From Felis catus (Eukaryota), in contig NC_058368.1 of assembly GCF_018350175.1 (NCBI RefSeq), positions 91,700,001 to 91,764,000 on the forward strand: 64,000 bases of DNA, in the 5' to 3' direction. Shown here one piece after another: positions 1 to 12,339 of the stretch. Position 1 is the first letter of the stretch. Every line of letters begins with the position of its first letter. Made by a program: the position numbers and the translations under genes. The notes below the pieces were generated by a model, which worked only from the letters and a program-made list of their open reading frames with translations, did not search any database and was not told the origin of the DNA.

Positions 1-495
1 GGGGTGAAAGTCCTGGCACCCCACTTGGCCTTCTCTGAAACCACCCCAGCGCAAGTATTAGGATGCCCCCTTGTACATAGCCTCATGCACATGCATTTGA
101 TGTTTTCTCTGTGGTGTCTGGCTGGAGTAGGGAGGTGACTGTCTAAACGTCCTCAGCCATGCCAAGATGCCCCTTTCCAGGTCCTTTGGCTAGGGAGAGT
201 CAGCTTTTGCTGGGACAGTTTTGTCTGTGCCCATTGGAGTTTTCAGATTGCTGGTTTCTTCAGCTCCAAGTCTGGGATGGAGGAAGCAAAAAGAAAACCC
301 AGGGACTCATCACTGTGTTGTTCATTCTTTGGGTCTCAAGGTATCAAGCTGATCTGCCTTCTTCTCTCCACCATAAGTATGTTCTTGTGTTTTATATAGA
401 CTTGTTTTATATCTAATGCCCATAACTTTTCATTATGCTTAGTGGAAAAAGAAATAGGAAGAAGTATGTCTATTGCATCTTCCTAGAAGGGGAAC
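1..495 (-). mobile_element. Old L1 (L1M-type) 5' UTR fragment
   Basis: Reverse complement resembles recalled L1M 5'-end consensus (…aagatgcaatagacatacttcttcctatttc…ggagagaagaaggcagatcag…gagtccctgggttttctttttgc…cccagacttggagctgaagaa…). Confidence 0.6.
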
Positions 496-499
496 GAAC

Positions 500-1685
500 C
501 CTTGCTGACTTGTAAGAGTTCTTTATGTATTGTGAATACTAATCCTTACTCCAAGATGAAAAATATTACTTTTCAGTTTGTGGCTTTTTAAGAGAATTTC
601 TACCTAGTGCTCTTTGACATGTTGTGCCAGATGTTCTTGATTTTGATGTGGTTGTGCTTACCAGTCTTTCCTTTTTCTTTTTAGAGTTAGTGGGTTTTAT
701 TTCTTGTTTAAGAAAGAATTCCTTATCCAAAATGTAGAAAAATAATATCCCATAGTGCCTTCTTAAAAATTTTTCTAAGTTTATTAATTTATTTTGAGAG
801 AGAGAGAGAAAGCACATGGGAGGAGCAGAGAGAGAGAGAGGGAGAGAGACAGAATTCCAAGCAGGCTCTGCACTGTCAGCACAGAGACTGATGCAAGGCT
901 CAAACCCACAAGCTTGTGAGATCATGATCTGAGTTGAAACCAAGAGTTGGACGCTTAACTGACTGAGCCACCCAGGCACCCTGCTTCTAAAATTTTTAAT
1001 GCTTTTGCTTCTCATGTTTAATTTCTTAATCCACCTGGAATTGATTTTAGGTTATGTTACAGGGTAGGGGTCCAATTTAATATTTTCAAACAACCTCACT
1101 GAAGTATAAATTAACATACAATAAAAAAGACATATTTAAAGTGTATATTTTAATAGATTTTGACATATATATGTATACACTTGTGAAACCATCACCACAA
1201 TAAAGAAAATGAACATATCCATCACCCCAAAAGTTTCCTCCTGCTCCTTTGTAATCATTTCTCCCTGAACCTCCTCACCTTCCCTCCAGCCTCAGGCTAC
1301 CAATTGGCTTTTGTTACTCCAAATTAGTATGGACTTCTGAGATTTTTGTATAAATGTAATCATACAGTTCCTACTATTTTTGTTTGGTCTAGTGTCTTTC
1401 ATTCAGCATAATTATTTTGGGGTTCATCCATGTTGTAGCATGTAGTTAATAGTTCATTCTTTTTATTGCTGAATACTATTCCATTGTGTGTCTGTAATGC
1501 AATTTTTTATACATTGACTTGTTGGACATTGGGTTGTTTTTATTTGAGACTGTTAGGGATAAAGCTGCTATGAACATTTGTGTACAAGTCTTTGTATGGA
1601 ATATGCTTTCATTTATGTTAGTTATAAATACATTGGAGTGGAATGGTTGATCATATGATAGATGTATGATTAATGTGTTATTCAT
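500..1685 (-). mobile_element. Degenerate L1 ORF2-end / 3' UTR fragments (L1M), interrupted by a SINE
   Basis: Typical antisense L1 text (gctgctatgaacatttgtgtacaagtctttgtatgga; ttcatccatgttgtagcatg). ORF 1476..1685 gives 'TKTCTQMFIAAL', an L1 ORF2 C-terminal remnant. Confidence 0.8.
770..981 (-). mobile_element. CanSINE (SINEC)
   Basis: Reverse-complement tRNA-like head (gactgagccacccaggcaccc), (GA)n tract and T-rich tail. Confidence 0.95.
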
Positions 1686-2484
1686 AGTTCAGAATGTGTT
1701 CTGGTTTCTTTTTGTTTCACTCGAAGTTAATATTTGCTTGGGATTTGTATTTGCTTCATTCATTTATGTGTGTGTCTGTTGCTAATTCTGGTTGTCTTTT
1801 ATACTTGGTAAGGGTCATTATCCCAGGATGTTTTTCTTCTTTAATTTGGAGAGTCTCTTACCTTTTTTCCTGTATTACATTTCCTATTTTCTGGATCCCA
1901 TGTCTCTTTCATTCTTAGTTTACCTTCTCATTTTTGTGGAGAACAACCTTCAGTAAGGTGCATTTAGAAAAAAAAATAAATTAATTAAATATTTTACATC
2001 TCTTACATCTGAAAATATTATTTTATTTGGACATTTCATTGGTGATTCGGATGGGTATAGAATTCTAAATTAGAAAGCCTATTCTTTCAGAATTGTGAAT
2101 GAATTACTCCATTGTCTTCTTATTTCCAGTGTGGTTGAGAAGTTTCAAATTTTTGTGATCTTCTCTTTGTCCCCAGTGTTTGAAAGTGTTCTATTATGCT
2201 GAGTCTTCAGTGGATCCTGTCGGTTTGGAAATTTATGTCCTTCAGTTTGGGAGATTTTCTTGAATTATTTTAGAGGATGACTTTCTCTTCTTTTTTCTGG
2301 TTTTTTTTTTCTTCCTGATACATTTGGCGGTTGGATTGTATTTTAATTTTCTTATCTTTACTGTTCTACTTTCAAACTGTTAAGTTGCTTTACTTTCTGA
2401 GATGTTATCTTAACACTGTCTTCTAACCCTCTTAATGAGTTTTTGATTCGCTATTGTGCTTTTAATTTTAAAAAACTCTTTTAA

Positions 2485-2692
2485 ATTTTTTTTAACATTT
2501 ATTTTTGAGAGAGAGAGAGAGAGCGAGTAAGCAGGGGCAGGGAGTAGACAGAGAGGGAGACACAGAATCTGAAGCAGGTTCCAGTCTCTGAGCTATCAGC
2601 ACAGAGACTGACACAGGGCTCAAACCCACAAACTATGATCATGACCTGAGCTGAAGTCAGATGCTTAACCAACTGAGCCACCCTAGTGTCCC
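2485..2692 (-). mobile_element. CanSINE (SINEC)
   Basis: Full body with gacacagaatctgaagcagg…cagcacagag; flanked by aaa(a/g)ctctttt TSD-like copies. Confidence 0.95.
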
Positions 2693-2718
2693 AAAGCTCT
2701 TTTTAAAACAAACTTTTT

Positions 2719-2935
2719 GGGGTGTCTGGGTGGCTCAGTCAGTTAAGCGTCCGACTTCGGCTCAGGTTATGATCTCACAGTTTGTGGGTTCGAGCCCCGC
2801 ATTGGGCTCTGTGCTGGCGGTTTAGAGCCTGGAGCCTGCTTCAAATTCTGTGTCTCCCTCTCTCTCTGCTCCTTCCCCACTCATGCTCTGTCTCTCTCCT
2901 TCAAAAATAAATAAAAACATTAAACAAATTTTTTA
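2719..2935 (+). mobile_element. CanSINE (SINEC)
   Basis: ggggtgtctgggtggctcagtcagttaagcgtccgacttcgg head, (CT)n, aaaataaataaa tail. Confidence 0.95.
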
Positions 2936-2939
2936 AATA

Positions 2940-3255
2940 AACTTTTAAATTTTAGAATAGATTTTGACTTACAGAAAAAATGGAGATAGGACAGGGAGTT
3001 CCTGTATACCCCACACCCAGTTTTCCCTACTGTTAACAACATCTGACATTAATATGATAAATTTGATATAATTAATGAGCTAATATTGATACATTATTAC
3101 CAACTAAAGTCCATACTTTATTCAAATTTCCTTAGTTTTTACTTAATGTCCTGTTTCTCTTCTAGGATTCCATACCAGACCCCAGATTGCTTTTAGTTGT
3201 TATATCTCCTTAGACTCCTCTTGGCTGTGATAGTTTCTTAGACTGTCCTTGTTTG
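2940..3255 (-). mobile_element. L1MC-like 3' end
   Basis: tttagaatagattttgacttacagaaaa…ccacacccagttttccctactgttaaca…aactaaagtccatactttattca matches recalled L1MC 3' UTR. Confidence 0.7.
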
Positions 3256-3279
3256 TTTGGTTTAATTGTTAATTTTTTT

Positions 3280-3331
<52 letters not shown>

Positions 3332-3489
3332 ATGAGTGGTGGGGAGGAAGAGAGGGGGAGAGAGAGAGAGAATCTCAAGCAGGCTCCACACACTGCCCAA
3401 TGTGGGGCTCAATCCCATGACCCTGGGATCACAACCTGAGCTGAAATAGCGAGTGGGACGCTCAAATGACAGAGCCAACTAGGTGCCCC
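3256..3489 (-). mobile_element. CanSINE with long (GA)n tract
   Basis: SINE head ends at 3489; long GA repeat about 3284-3330. Confidence 0.93.
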
Positions 3490-5487
3490 TCCTGTGTATA
3501 CTTTTAAGATCCTCTCTTTGTTTTTGATGTTATGTAGTTTTAATTTACCTAGATGGGACTTCTTTTTATTTATCCTACTTGGGATATGTTTTGCTTCCTA
3601 GAGTTGTGGATTCATTTTTTTTTATCCCTATTAGTCCTAGGAAATTCATAGACATGATCTTTTTAAAATATTATCTCTTCTCCACTTTTTCTATTCTCTC
3701 TTTTGTGGATTCATTCTGTTCTCAGTATCTTTTAACATCTCATTTGTATTCATACCCTGTCTTACTCTGGTTCGTTTTAGTGATATCTTTGTCTTTTCCA
3801 GTTCACTGACTCTCCAGCTTTATCTAGTCTACTGTATAAAAAATATATTGTTTTTTATTTCAACCATCATATTTCTCACATATAGAAGCCATATTCCAAA
3901 CCCCCAACTTCCTGTTAATTCCTCATAGTCCTTTCTTATTTTTTTTCTCATCTTTGTGATTGCCTCCTCTTTTTTCTGTGTGTATATACACATCTTCTGT
4001 AATTCTGTTCCTGAAATTTTTAATATAGAAAAGAAGATACCTGTTGTTTATTGTTTCTGCTGATTATTATTCAACAGGGTCTTGCCTTATTACATGTTAA
4101 TCCTTGATAATGAACCCACAGCTTGATACTAATCTCTAAGAGTCCTGAGTCTGAAGCGGAGATTTCCTCCAGATTAGATTTGCCTGTCCTTCAGCTGGCT
4201 TGCCATGGGGAGCCACTGCCCTGAAACCTTATCAGCCACTCTTAAGGATCTTGACCTAGTGAAGCTCGAAATTCCACTCCCAAGTTTCTTTTGCTGTTGA
4301 CCCAAGGCACTATGTCCTTATATGTTTTATTGCCACTTGCCGTTAGGACAGATTCTGGCCCCTCACTGTTCAGGCTACACGTAGCTCATGTTTTGTTTTG
4401 CATTTGGTGGGTGAGGTTCTTGATGAAGCATTACTCTTTTGATAGCAGCACTGCTTAAGGAGCACTTCCTGTTAACACCTCGACATCCATAATGTCAGAA
4501 GCAGAGTTCTGAGAACAGATTTTTAACTCATCAGGCAGGAATCCAAATGTAATCCTTGGAACTTAGAAAAACGTGTCTCAGTAGAATGGGGACCCTTTCA
4601 GAATAGTTTGTGGCCTTGAAAAATCAGGTCTCAGGCTCCAGTGTTTCAGAGAACCATTAGTCACCGTGTTCTCTATATAAAGATTCAGCATGAGAAATTT
4701 TTTTTCAGAACTTAGTGCCAGGAAAAATCTTGTCTTCCCAGAGGGGTTGGCCAGCTTCCTCTGCCTTATGACAAGAACTTTAGAGTACATCTTATTTCCC
4801 TTTTTGCCCAAGCTGCCAGGAAGCATTGGTCAAAACAGATGCCAAATCATGTCAACTTTTTAGTCCTTAGGACTGAAAAAGATGCCTTTCTCCTCTTTCT
4901 CAGTCATTATTTTTAGTTTCTATGTTAATAGATTTATAGCCTATCGACCTCTATATCTCTTTTATGGACAGAGGCAAGTTATAAGTAAATTTAGTTAAAG
5001 TTATAAACATTTTGCATGTATATTTCCTTCTCTTGTGTTCTTAAAATCCAAAGGGGAGGCATAATCTGAAATATTTATGCAAATTGACCTGGCTCCAACT
5101 TCTGAAGCTTCATACTCAAGGCATGAGTGAACAAACACAGCTTCCTGTAAACATGAGGGCATTTCTCTGCTCCCCCCTTGTGGCCAGCTGTGTCCTGACT
5201 ATGTTGAACTGGAATTCTCTGCACACCTCCTTTGCCTTCAGTGTTGACCAGGGGGAGAGTGAATTGCTCTGGGGCTTCACCCTGCTTCCGAGTAAGAAAC
5301 AGACCTTGGATGTACTGAGGTATTCTCTCAGAGAGTTGAGTAGACTCACATACATTCTGTTCACAGCAGGTGAAAAGGGGCCAATTTTTACAACCCCCGT
5401 ATTGTAGAAGTCAGGACTGAGGGACCCTTGATAGGCTCATGCTGTGAGTTCTGACTCCTGCTCTGGCCCATCTTTTGAGTCACAGTT

Positions 5488-5734
5488 TGTTTGTTTGTTT
5501 GTTTGTTTTTAATTAAAAAAATTTTTTAAAACATTTATTTATTTTTGAGAGACAGAGAGAGACAGAGTGTGAGTAGGGGAGGGGCAGAGAGAGGGTGAGA
5601 CACAGAATCTGAAGTAAGCTCTAGGCTCCAAGCTATCAGCACAGAGCCTGATGCAGGGCTTGAACTCACAAACCTCGAGATCATGACCTGAGCCGAAGTC
5701 GGACGCTTAACCAACTGAGCCACCCAGGTGCACC
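5488..5734 (-). mobile_element. CanSINE
   Basis: Full body; TSD ttgagtc(a/g)cagtt at 5475 and 5735. Confidence 0.95.
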
Positions 5735-5814
5735 TTGAGTCGCAGTTATTGACTGGTGCCTCTGAGCGAAGACGTGAAATGAAATGCATAGGAACATGGG
5801 CTTAGGAGCTAGTT

Positions 5815-5975
5815 CATATCCCTTCACCAATCACTATGTACTCACTGTGTGACCTTCAGCAAAGTTACTTAACCTCTCTGTGCCTCTGTTTGCTACAACT
5901 GTTATAAGGACAAAAAGATGAAATGTGGGAAGAGTACTTAGAAAGTATAGCAAGCACTCCTAAATGTCAACCGTT
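5815..5975 (+). mobile_element. MIR SINE fragment
   Basis: Core ctgtgtgaccttcagcaaagttacttaacctctctgtgcctc. Confidence 0.75.
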
Positions 5976-6139
5976 ATTATGACTACTAGTTTTTTAATTA
6001 CTGTTACCATGGTTATTATTGCTGCAGGGACTACACTGAACAGAAACATACCATTGGAACCTCCCAGTTGTCACATTCCAGGAACTTCTCCCCATTTTGT
6101 ACTTGTTGCATGGGCGTCTCTAGCTACGACCCCACTGCT

Positions 6140-6340
6140 TTCTTCTTCTTTTTCTTTTAATGTTTATTTATTTATTTTGGAGACAGAGAAAAAAATGAGA
6201 ATGGGGGAGGGCAGAGGGAGAGGGAGAATCCCAAGCAGGCCCTACACTGTCAGTGTGGAGCCCAGCGTGGGGCTCGAACTCACGCCTGAGCTGAAATCAA
6301 GAGTCAGGCACTTAACCGACTGAGCCACACAGGCGTTCCC
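6140..6340 (-). mobile_element. CanSINE with internal deletion
   Basis: SINE body lacks the aactgtgagatcatga segment (reads gaactcacgcctgagctg). Confidence 0.9.
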
Positions 6341-7744
6341 AGACGCCACTACTTTCTTAGTGCAATTTGATGCTGTCTTCGCCCCTATGCCCTCTCTTCT
6401 TCTGTTCCCACTCTGCTTGGCCAACTTCATCCACCCTCATGCTTTTGAATTCCTTCACAATCTGATGGTTGCAAATTTCTTACCAGCCTTTTCTCTGGGT
6501 AGTGATGCCCTTTATCCAACTTATTGTCAACCTCTTTACCCTTTTTCCCCATTTCAGAGTGGCAGCTGGTATCCTTTCTTAGGATTCAAGCTGCTGGGTT
6601 AAAATTTTTCATTCATTCATTCATTCATCCCAGTAGTACCTCAACTCCTTCCTCTCTGAGGTTCACGACTGACCTGCAAGTCTGGGGCTGTGTCACTGCA
6701 TTTTCCACATCCTTGATTTGAGCCACTTAGGGTTCTCCCCATGAGCAAAATACTTAATCTGCTTAATCCCAAATTCCAGTTTCTCTGAATTGCTCGCCTG
6801 TCCTATCTCCGGTTATTCAGTGGGACCTCTGACATCTAAGTAACAGTGAGGACGCTGCTGCTGATGGCTGGACCAGAAGGAAGCTATGGTCCAAGGAACA
6901 TAGTCTCATGCCTGGGGAGAAGTTGGTGGGTGATCTCTGCCCATATGGGAGATTGAGTACTGGGGTTCTGGGTGAATCTCAGTTCAGAGCTGGCAGGATC
7001 AGGAGGAGGACACCAGGCACACCTTTGGCAACCCTAGTTTTGTGAGGATCCAGTCCTGATGGGCACATCGTGAGTGGTGTCAGAGTCGCAGTGTCCCCAC
7101 CTGACATCTGATGCCACCCACACTTGGCCCCCAGTTTACTGGGACCCAGAGACAAATGTGCATGTGCAGGGGCAGGAAAAAGTTCTTCCTTGTGATGATG
7201 GGGGCCGAGGTCTTCTAAGGCACGACTAAGATAGCAACCACAGTGACTAACAGGAAGCATCCTGAATACTGGATAGGGTGGAAAAAGGGAGACTATTGGG
7301 TGGTGTTGGGGACGCCCCAGAGAGCGGGTGCTGTTTTGTTTGGAGCATCAGTGGGAAGCAAGTCACTGTGTTTGATGTCTGTGCCCCTCACCCAGCGCCT
7401 TTGAGGCAGAAGTGGCCTCAACGTGGCCACCTGAGTCTGACCTTTGTTCCAACTGGAGTGGTGATTCAATGGATTCATCTGTTGCGGCTCCTGTATCCAG
7501 ATGCCATAGGCTAGGGGGTGGGGAGGGGAGAGCTTACACAACAGAAATTTATCTTCCCTTAGGTCTGGGTGCTGGAAGTCCAAGATCAAAGTGTCAGCAT
7601 GGTTGATATCTGGTGAGGACTCTATCCTTGGGTTGCAGACCACCGCCTCCTCACTGCCCTCATGTGGGCTTTCCTCTGTGCTTATAGAGTCAGTGAGAGT
7701 GAGAAAGAGAGAGCACTCTGGTGTCTCTTCCTTTTCTTTTCTCT

Positions 7745-7785
7745 TATTCTTTTTATGTAAATTTTTTTAAAGTTGATTGATTTAT

Positions 7786-7826
<41 letters not shown>

Positions 7827-7987
7827 AGGGGTGGGACAGAGAGAGAGGGAGAGAGAGAATCCCACACAGGCTCTGCACTGTCAGCGTAGAACCCAAAGCA
7901 GGACTCTAACTCACGTACTATGAGATCATGACCTGAACTGAAACCAAGAGTTGGATGCTTTAACTGACTGAGCCACCCAAGCACCCC
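7745..7987 (-). mobile_element. CanSINE
   Basis: Full SINE body with (GA)n. Confidence 0.95.
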
Positions 7988-7999
7988 TCTTTCTCTTCT

Positions 8000-8224
8000 T
8001 TTTTCTAAAATTTTTAATGCTTATTCACTTTTGAGCGATAGAGACAGAGTGTGAGTAGGGGAGGGGCAGAGAGAGAGGGAGAGGGGCAGACACAGAATCC
8101 AGAGCAGGATCCAGGCTCTGAGCTGTCAGCACAGAGCCTAATGCAGGGCTCGAAATCACAAACTGTGAGATCAAGACCTGAGCCGAAGTCGGACACTTAA
8201 CTGACTGAGCCACCCAGGTGCCCC
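8000..8224 (-). mobile_element. CanSINE
   Basis: Full SINE body. Confidence 0.95.
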
Positions 8225-9231
8225 TCCTCTTCCTCTTCTTATAAGGCTATAGTTCTGTTGGATTACGACCTCATCCTTACGACCTCATTGAACCTCACTT
8301 GCCTCCTTAAAGGCTCTGTCTTCAAAATGCAGTCACAGTGGGGGTTAGGGCTTCAACATCTGAATCCTGAAGGGACACAGTTCAGTCCCAGCACCCTCTC
8401 AACCCTTCACTTTCCTGGCATGTGACCTGCTGTTGTTGAGCCAGACCACTGACCCCCTCACCTCTTGAAGGAAGGGCGGTGTGATGTTTGCGTTGGTCAG
8501 CCCTCCATAAATGTCTGCTGAATCAAAGCTGAATAATGTGTCCTTCTGGGCGAATGAAAGCTGAATTTATTTGCAGAATGTTTTAAGATTTTCACAACCC
8601 CCTCTTGATATAATTGAGACACCCTGGGGTATTGCAAAACTAGACCGGATCCACACTCCTATATCGCTTTCCCCCTGCCCTGCTGTGGTCTCTCCACTAG
8701 TTGAATTGGAAACAGACCGGGTTGCCAGAACAAACCCCTGTGTTTCCACACACAGGAAAGAGGGGCTTAAATTGCACTTTCTTAAGTAGTGGCAGTGGTG
8801 TTCACACTGGTGGCTCAAACCTAGTAAAAGTGTGTCCTGGGATCAGTGAAGGAAAAAGGCTTGAGATTGGCAGTGGCCGGTGGCCTGGCGTGATTGCAGG
8901 CTTTGGCCTTAGCTGGTGGGACTTGGTTCCCCCTGGAGAAGACCCTGCCAGGAGCGGGTGGTATTTGGCGGGCCAGCCCGAGGAATATGTGTTTCCAGAG
9001 CTGGAAGCTCTGCTTTGAAAGGGCGTGGATCCTTCTCCCGTGGCCCCTGTGGCTGCAGAGGTCACATCTGCCAGCCACCCCTGCTCTACCCAGGTCTGGA
9101 TGGGACAACAGAGAAAGTGGTTCCCTCGAACTCACCTCTCTGGGACCCTTGACATGTGAGGGCTTCTGGTAGGGGCTGGCCTGGCTGCAGGGCCTGAGGC
9201 ATGGTCTCCAGAAGCACTCCACAGGGGTGTT

Positions 9232-9452
9232 GTTGTTGTTGTTTTTGTTTTTTAATGGTTATTTATTTTTGAGACAGAGAGAGAGAGAGACAGAGCAGGG
9301 TAGGGGCAGAGAGGAGGGAGACAGAATCTGAAGCAGGCTCCAGTCTCTGAGCTGTCAGCACAGAGCCGGACGCGGGGCTCGAACTCATGAACTGGGAGGT
9401 CATGACCTGAACTGAAGTCAGATGCTTAACTGACTGAGCCACCCAATGCCCC
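9232..9452 (-). mobile_element. CanSINE
   Basis: Full body; flanks ccacaggggtgtt (9219) and ccacaggggcatt (9454). Confidence 0.95.
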
Positions 9453-9469
9453 ACCACAGGGGCATTTTA

Positions 9470-9959
9470 TTTTATTTTATTTTATTTTATTTTATTTATT
9501 ATTTTATTTTATTTTATTTTATTTTATTTTATTTTATTTTATTTTTAAATATATGAAATTTATTGTCAAATTGGTTTCCATACAACACCCAGTGCTCATC
9601 CCAAAAGATGCCCTTTTCAATACCCATCACCCACCCTCCCCTCCCTCCCACCCCCCATCAGCCCTCAGTTTGTTCTCATTTTTTTTTATTTTTTTATTAA
9701 AAAAATTTCTTTTTTAATGTTTATTTATTTTTGGGACAGAGAGAGACAGAGCATGAACGGGGGAGGGTCAGAGAGAGGGAGACACAGAATCTGAAACAGG
9801 CTCCAGGCTCTGAGCTGTCAGCACAGAGCCCGACGCGGGGCTCGAACCCACGGACCACGAGATCATGACCTGAGCCAAAGTCGGACGCTCAACCCACTGA
9901 GCCACCCAGGCGCCCCATGTTCTCATTTTTTTAAGCGTCTCTTATGCTTTGGCTCTCTC
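9470..9959 (-). mobile_element. Strongly 5'-truncated felid L1 (L1_Fc-like) 3' end with (TTTTA)n tail, split by a SINE
   Basis: atatgaaatttattgtcaaattggtttccatacaacacccagtgctcatccca…tcagtttgttctca…gtctcttatgctttggctctctc; perfect 16-bp TSD ccacaggggcatttta at 9454 and 9960. Confidence 0.88.
9686..9916 (-). mobile_element. Young CanSINE nested in L1
   Basis: CpG-rich body; TSD tgttctcattttttt at 9671 and 9918. Confidence 0.95.
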
Positions 9960-10499
9960 CCACAGGGGCATTTTAATGCCAAGATGAGAGTTGTGGGCCT
10001 GAGGGGCGGTGTTGCTGGCCTCAGAACTCTGAGAGTGAAGCTGGATGACCCCGTGTGGACAGAGCTCTCTCCTGGTGGAGAGGAATTGTGCCAGTGCCTC
10101 CCTGGATAGGATCTGAGTTTTATGGCTTAGAACAGTCCTAAATCCGCTGTAAAGCGTGTGTTCTCTTCCAAGAAAAGTTACAAGTCCTGGTGAACCCTGG
10201 GCCTGCTGAGCTGGGAGGAGTGGTTCCATTAGGGCCATATCCATAGCTTTATAGAGTTATAGGGAGGGAGGGATGATGGCACAGAAGGTATTTCTAAATC
10301 TCTTGGTCTCTGTGATCCACAGAACATTGAGCTAAGGGTCCCTGGAGATTCTCTCGTCTCCATCACAGTGAAGAACAGGGCATTCATTCAGTGCATTGCC
10401 AGAAAGTGGGGATCCTCGATCAGCGTTCCCACCCTAGAGACCTACAGTTAAAGGTTGACCTGCATAAATCAGCAGTTAAAAATTGACCTGCTAGATTAC

Positions 10500-10730
10500 A
10501 CTTAAGTGGCACTTACTGAGTGCCTGACACTATTGGGAACACTTTGCCTGAATTAAGTCGCTGAGTCCTGGTGATAACCCCGTGAGGTGAGCACCACTGT
10601 CATTCACTTTACAGATGAGGAAACTGAGGCACAGGGAAGCTTGGTAACTGACCCAAGATCACAGGAGAGTAAATGGTGGGAGCTGGCATTCTATTGCAGA
10701 TAGCCTGGCCCTGGAGTTGGTGCTCTTTAC
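10500..10730 (-). mobile_element. MIR SINE
   Basis: ttacagatgaggaaactgaggcacagggaag…aactgacccaagatcacag (reverse-complement MIR core). Confidence 0.85.
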
Positions 10731-11160
10731 ACCCTCAGGGGTAAGTTGGGACTCACAAGTGGACGGGCAGCTGACACTAGCCAGGGGCCAGGAGTTGACA
10801 CTACAGCCCCTCCAGGTGGAGAATCCTGCCAGGTGGAGAAAAGGTGGGAAGCCAGTGTAGGCAAGGGCATGTGTGTGCAGAGGTGGGGAGGGGTTAAAAC
10901 GGCCCGGCCTGTCGGGAGCGTGGCTGGGATCGAGTCTGTGTGTGACCTCCCCCCACCCCCGGCAGCCAGTAGGTGGAAATGGATGTGGAAAGTGGGTAGT
11001 CAAATGTGGCCCCTTTTTGGTTTTCATGGTGTTACGAAACCACTTTTCTTTATATTATGGTAAAATATACATAGTATAAAATGTATCATTTTAATTATTT
11101 TAAAGTATATGATTCAGTGGCATTAAGTTTGCACTATTACATAAACATCACTTCTGTGGG

Positions 11161-11351
11161 TTTTTTTTTTAGGTTTATTTATTTATTTAGGGTGGGGGAG
11201 GTGTAGAGAGAGTGGGGATAGAGAATCCCAAGCAGGCTCTGCACTGTCAGCACAGAGCCTGACGTGGGACTCGAACTCACAAACTGTGAGATCATGACCT
11301 GAGCCGAGATCAAGAGTTGGACGCTTAACCAACTGTGCCACCCAGGTGCCC
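11161..11351 (-). mobile_element. CanSINE
   Basis: Full body, embedded in L1 3'-end remnants. Confidence 0.93.
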
Positions 11352-11520
11352 TGTGGTGGTTTTTTTTTAAGTCAAGCTCATTGAGGTAAAATTGAATTTA
11401 CATACAGTAAAATACACCCTTTTAGGTGTTCACCTTTGAGCATTTGATATACCAAGAGATCGTGACTGAGCTACCCAGATGCCTATAGAACAGAGGTGAT
11501 TTTAAATGTGACTCACGTCT

Positions 11521-11705
11521 GGGATGCCTGAGTGGCTCAGTCATTTAAGCATCCAACTCTTAATTTTGGTTCAGGTCATGATCTCATGGTTCATGAGATC
11601 AAACCCTGAGTTGGGCTCAGCACAGAGCCTGCCTGGGATTCTCTCTCTCTGCCCCTCTATTCCCTTGCTATCAAAATAAGTAAATAAACTTAAAAAACAA
11701 GTAAA
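11521..11705 (+). mobile_element. CanSINE (diverged)
   Basis: gggatgcctgagtggctcag head; TSD aaatgtgactc(a/c)c(g/a)tct at 11504 and 11706. Confidence 0.9.
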
Positions 11706-12339
11706 AAATGTGACTCCCATCTAACCAGTCCTGTGATGCAAGGTTTTTAGTGGGTCTTGGTACCCCGATTCAAGTTTGGTTGGAACTGATGTATGTAGTT
11801 ATCATAAAAGAGCCAGAGGAAATGCTGACTAGCTTAAGTAAGGCTTCTCTTTCTACACCATCATTTATCCATCCCACCAACCTTCCTAGGAGGGAGGTGA
11901 GATTTTGCAGCAAGTGAACTCTCCAGGGTCATTCCCAGGGCAAGTGTCACAGCCTGCGTAGGTATCTGGCATTCCTGGGGTAGATCCCTGTTGCACCCAA
12001 GTTCCTCTAAAAGCTTCCAAAAAAATAAGGCTAAGCCTAGCATCATGGCTACCTTCAGACACTGACTGGCCGTGCTGGAGACCATGTGTAATCTGGGAAT
12101 CCAGCGTGGCCCTGCCATGGAGCATCAGGATTCCGAGAGAATCCTGAAGAATCACCTGTGAGGTGAGGCGCTGGGGGAGAGGCTGGATAGGTTGATTCTA
12201 GAACTTGTAGGTCCCTGGCTCACTGGTATAAAATGGATTAAAATTGAAAAATCAGGTGCTGAGTGTCCAATTTACATCCTATACCACTAATGTAGCTGTT
12301 AGGGGAGAGTGACACCAGGAGGCCCAGAGGTGGGATTTT

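Larger units (their letters stand above)
7515..8393 (-). mobile_element. MaLR solo LTR (MLT1A/B-like) interrupted by two CanSINEs
   Basis: caacagaaatttat…gctggaagtccaagatcaa… and …gggttagggcttcaacat…gggacacagttcagtcc are MLT1 hallmarks. Confidence 0.8.

Noticed and set aside
2719..2800. tRNA-like A/B boxes (here and in all SINE heads)
   Set aside because: These are the tRNA-derived heads of CanSINEs, each followed by (CT)n and an A tail, not tRNA genes.
8571..9222. Cluster of overlapping ORFs after a ttatttgcag acceptor-like site
   Set aside because: No recognisable protein, no convincing donor, and overlapping frames on both strands as expected for GC-rich non-coding DNA.
11861..12170. Exon-like segment (GAG|gtgagg on +; ctcacag acceptor on -)
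   Set aside because: Signals point to opposite strands, lack matching partners, and the translations are unrecognisable.
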